Shown piece by piece: positions 59,163 through 61,385 of a DNA stretch of 61,385 bases. The notes under the pieces were generated by a model. It made no database searches. It was not told the origin of the DNA and saw only the letters and a program-made list of their open reading frames with translations. Position 1 is the first letter of the stretch; each line of letters starts with the position of its first letter. The position numbers and the translations under genes were made by a program. Source of the DNA: a virus (lineage: Duplodnaviria > Caudoviricetes); IMG/VR virus record IMGVR_UViG_3300040802_000030, positions 1 to 61,385 of that record; one strand, 5' to 3'.

Positions 59163-59483
59163 TTAGGAAATTATTAATTCCCCCACCATCTCCGGTGGAA
59201 CGAAATCTAAAGGGACGTTCGATGCAACCCTCATATCAGATTCATTTCCAATGTCATCAATAGCTGCAACACCAACATTAAAAACACCATCAACATTTTG
59301 CATTCCCGCAAGTGCTGCAACATTTACTGTAACATAACCATCCACAATATCATTACCAATATCAAATGATTGTGAATCATATGTTACTTGATTTGGTGCT
59401 TCCTCAATATATAGTTTATTTGTAACTACATCTGGTGAAGGTGAAGGGGTAAATCTAATTGTTTTTTCCATTATTTTAGCCAT
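59163..59483 (-). CDS. Fibronectin type III-like small protein
   Basis: SPSPDV..KLY, V.AIDD.GNES motif. Confidence 0.6.
   Translation of the reverse strand: MAKIMEKTIRFTPSPSPDVVTNKLYIEEAPNQVTYDSQSFDIGNDIVDGYVTVNVAALAGMQNVDGVFNVGVAAIDDIGNESDMRVASNVPLDFVPPEMVGELIIS
59165..59214 (-). promoter_or_regulatory. Putative -1 programmed ribosomal frameshift signal
   Basis: In-frame C_CCT_TTA heptamer (59208-59214), 7-nt spacer, then a hairpin or H-type pseudoknot. Confidence 0.55.
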
Positions 59484-59982
59484 TTATTGTCTCTCCTATT
59501 ATCTCTATTTTTTTACTAATATCAATTGGACCCGTACCAGCGATCCATGCAAAAACCCACCAACCTCTAGGTACATCATTAACAACACCACTAGTTATAG
59601 ATGTTACCGTTTCACTCACTAATTGAACTGGTTGACCATTTTCATCAACAGTATCTCTTTTCATGTGAGCTTGTATAATCCAATGACCTGTTTTGGGGCA
59701 TCGAAATGGTGTCGTTGTTTCTTGTGTTTCTATTACAAATGTTGCCATTTTTCTTTCATAATTATACAAATTTATTACACAAAAATCCGTTTCTGGATTA
59801 TAATTTTCAGCTGGATTATTCCATCCTAATGTTAATATATCAGCAGTTGTTGTATAATATGTATAATAGTCATATTCATTTGTAGCTGCATTTACCATAT
59901 ATACAAAGAACGGATTAACCATTAAAATTAATGCCATCAAAAACATCACTATACAGTTATTTATCTTTTTTACTATATCCAT
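59476..59982 (-). CDS. Secreted or membrane-anchored protein with an Fn3-like domain
   Basis: N-terminal hydrophobic signal ending VNA; LTLGW motif. Confidence 0.55.
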   Translation of the reverse strand: MDIVKKINNCIVMFLMALILMVNPFFVYMVNAATNEYDYYTYYTTTADILTLGWNNPAENYNPETDFCVINLYNYERKMATFVIETQETTTPFRCPKTGHWIIQAHMKRDTVDENGQPVQLVSETVTSITSGVVNDVPRGWWVFAWIAGTGPIDISKKIEIIGETING

Positions 59983-60145
59983 TATTATAATTAAAACCCC
60001 TTATTTCAAAATTTGACACAGATATGATTTTCTTTACATTACCACCACATTGATCACATAATAAATTTGAAGAATCCTCATTTACTGACATCAATTTTGT
60101 TATTATTTTCCCACAACTTTTACATTTAAACTCATACAAAGGCAT
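59957..60145 (-). CDS. FmdB-family zinc-ribbon protein
   Basis: MPLYEFKCKSCG...CDQCGG..KKIIS..F..RG. Confidence 0.8.
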   Translation of the reverse strand: MPLYEFKCKSCGKIITKLMSVNEDSSNLLCDQCGGNVKKIISVSNFEIRGFNYNNGYSKKDK

Positions 60146-60164
60146 TTCAACTTTTCTCCATTTC

Positions 60165-60668
60165 TTATAATATAATTTTTTTCAATTCACTTATTGTATT
60201 TTTTGTTGTCTTATGTAAAATACCAATACCACCGACATATTCCCACTCTTTTATACTTTTATCTCTATCATCTATCAATATTTTACCAACACCTGAATAC
60301 TTTTGTTTTTGTGACCTAAAAGTTATTATAGAACTTGAAACATATTCCCATCCAAGATTTTTTGCTATCCACTCTCTTTTACCATCCATTGCTTCATTTT
60401 TTCCTATTTGTGGAATGGCAGATAATATTATAGGATTATATTTCTTTATGTAATTCCATAACTCTTTACCATCACTTTCCCAATCCATTGTTGACCAAAA
60501 CTTATTAGCACCAAATTCAACTAACATCTGCCACGCTAATTGTTTGTTTTTCCTATAAACATCCATCCAATATTTATGAATTTTATTTGCTTGTTTTATA
60601 AAATCACATAAAACACCATCCAAATCACAATATATCTTATGATGAACTAAATATTTCTCAAGTATCAT
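60165..60668 (-). CDS. HAD-superfamily 5'(3')-deoxyribonucleotidase-like protein
   Basis: DLDGVLCDF, ILSA, K..W, ILIDDR, W...GG.GILH. Confidence 0.8.
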   Translation of the reverse strand: MILEKYLVHHKIYCDLDGVLCDFIKQANKIHKYWMDVYRKNKQLAWQMLVEFGANKFWSTMDWESDGKELWNYIKKYNPIILSAIPQIGKNEAMDGKREWIAKNLGWEYVSSSIITFRSQKQKYSGVGKILIDDRDKSIKEWEYVGGIGILHKTTKNTISELKKIIL

Positions 60669-61161
60669 TTCTCAGCTTTCTTTTAATATATTTTATTTTT
60701 TCTTCTGTTATTGTTTCATTTTTTCTTGAAAAATAAACATAAACTTTTCCATCTTGTTCAAATGATTTTCTATTTAAATAGTTTGTAAAAATATCTTCAT
60801 ATTCCAACATTGATAACATTAAAGAATATATTTTACTCAATTTTTTATCAGACGAAAATGTAAAATTAACAGGTTTTTCTAATTTTAAAAATTGATAAAG
60901 TGCGGTAATAACTTTATTAAACAAAGGTATCATTGACTTATTATTTTTTAGTTCTTTTGGTAATTTTATATATTGTTCACCTTTTGAACCTTCTAAATAC
61001 CAATATATATTATAAAGGTCAAACATTTTTACCACTTGAAAAATATATTTTCTTTCTTCATGAAATATATGCCATTCTGTATTTGAAATCTTTTTAACAT
61101 CTTTATCAATCTTATTTAATTTTATACCTTCAACTATTTCTAAAAACTCATTTAATTTCAT
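60658..61161 (-). CDS. Hypothetical protein, possible internal head protein
   Basis: N-terminus MKLNEFLEIVE. Confidence 0.5.
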   Translation of the reverse strand: MKLNEFLEIVEGIKLNKIDKDVKKISNTEWHIFHEERKYIFQVVKMFDLYNIYWYLEGSKGEQYIKLPKELKNNKSMIPLFNKVITALYQFLKLEKPVNFTFSSDKKLSKIYSLMLSMLEYEDIFTNYLNRKSFEQDGKVYVYFSRKNETITEEKIKYIKRKLRNDT

Positions 61162-61385
61162 TTATTCAGTTTTCTTTTAATAGATTCAATTGCTTGTAAC
61201 ATTCTTTTTTTACCAACTGGATTTGCCGAATGTATACTTATTTTTGGAACAATATCAAATTCACCATAAAATACTTTTTGCTCCAACCATTTAACAAACT
61301 CATATCCTGTATATGTACCTTCACCCAAATCATGGTCAAGACTTAATTCAATAATATCTTTATAGTTCTTTTTATAAAAAGATAT
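61158..61385 (-). CDS. Partial cyclic-phosphate-processing receiver-like (cREC) domain protein
   Basis: Hand translation ...SLDHDLGEGTYTGYEFVKWL...IHSANPVGKKRM...; the start lies outside the window. Confidence 0.7.
   Translation of the reverse strand: MSFYKKNYKDIIELSLDHDLGEGTYTGYEFVKWLEQKVFYGEFDIVPKISIHSANPVGKKRMLQAIESIKRKLNK

Noticed and set aside
4149-59829. Many short nested or antisense ORFs from the track (e.g. 4149, 4922, 8074, 10045, 11753, 12818-15815 set, 17555, 37229, 41178, 54369, 57021, 58985)
   Set aside because: They lie within well-supported genes, lack Shine-Dalgarno sites and have shadow-frame composition.
1-61385. Stop-codon reassignment, as in some jumbo phages
   Set aside because: Core genes are full length and tightly packed in code 11, and TAA, TAG and TGA all act as stops.

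Overview
A very AT-rich segment of a large T4-like myophage genome, read with standard code 11. From left to right it contains: (1) a leftward early operon of at least five small paralogous Cys/His proteins (1-1007); (2) a baseplate/tail module (gp53, hub, gp5, gp25, gp6, gp7-like, a 1492-aa Kelch multi-propeller protein and four related fibre genes; 1.1-19.7 kb); (3) a 15-kb island around the late sigma factor gp55, with nine radical SAM enzymes, a protein with an 11-Cys tail, four GT-B-like glycosyltransferase paralogues and a polysaccharide deacetylase (19.7-35.1 kb); (4) the gp47/gp46/uvsX recombination genes; (5) a convergent sugar-nucleotide and glycan-building cluster (RmlB-like, GalE-like, SqdB-like, about seven glycosyltransferases, three methyltransferases, an O-acetyltransferase; 42-55.6 kb); (6) a DNA methyltransferase, putative capsid-internal proteins and small accessory genes. 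T4-type early promoters (TTTACA-N16/17-TATAAT) and late promoters (TATAAATA) are visible. The best candidate for an undescribed system is the radical-SAM/glycosyltransferase island together with the SqdB-containing glycan cluster, which may hypermodify DNA or virion proteins. A canonical -1 frameshift signal at 59.2 kb is also notable. No tRNA, rRNA, CRISPR array, transposase or reverse transcriptase was seen. All family calls come from motif recognition by eye, not from database searches.
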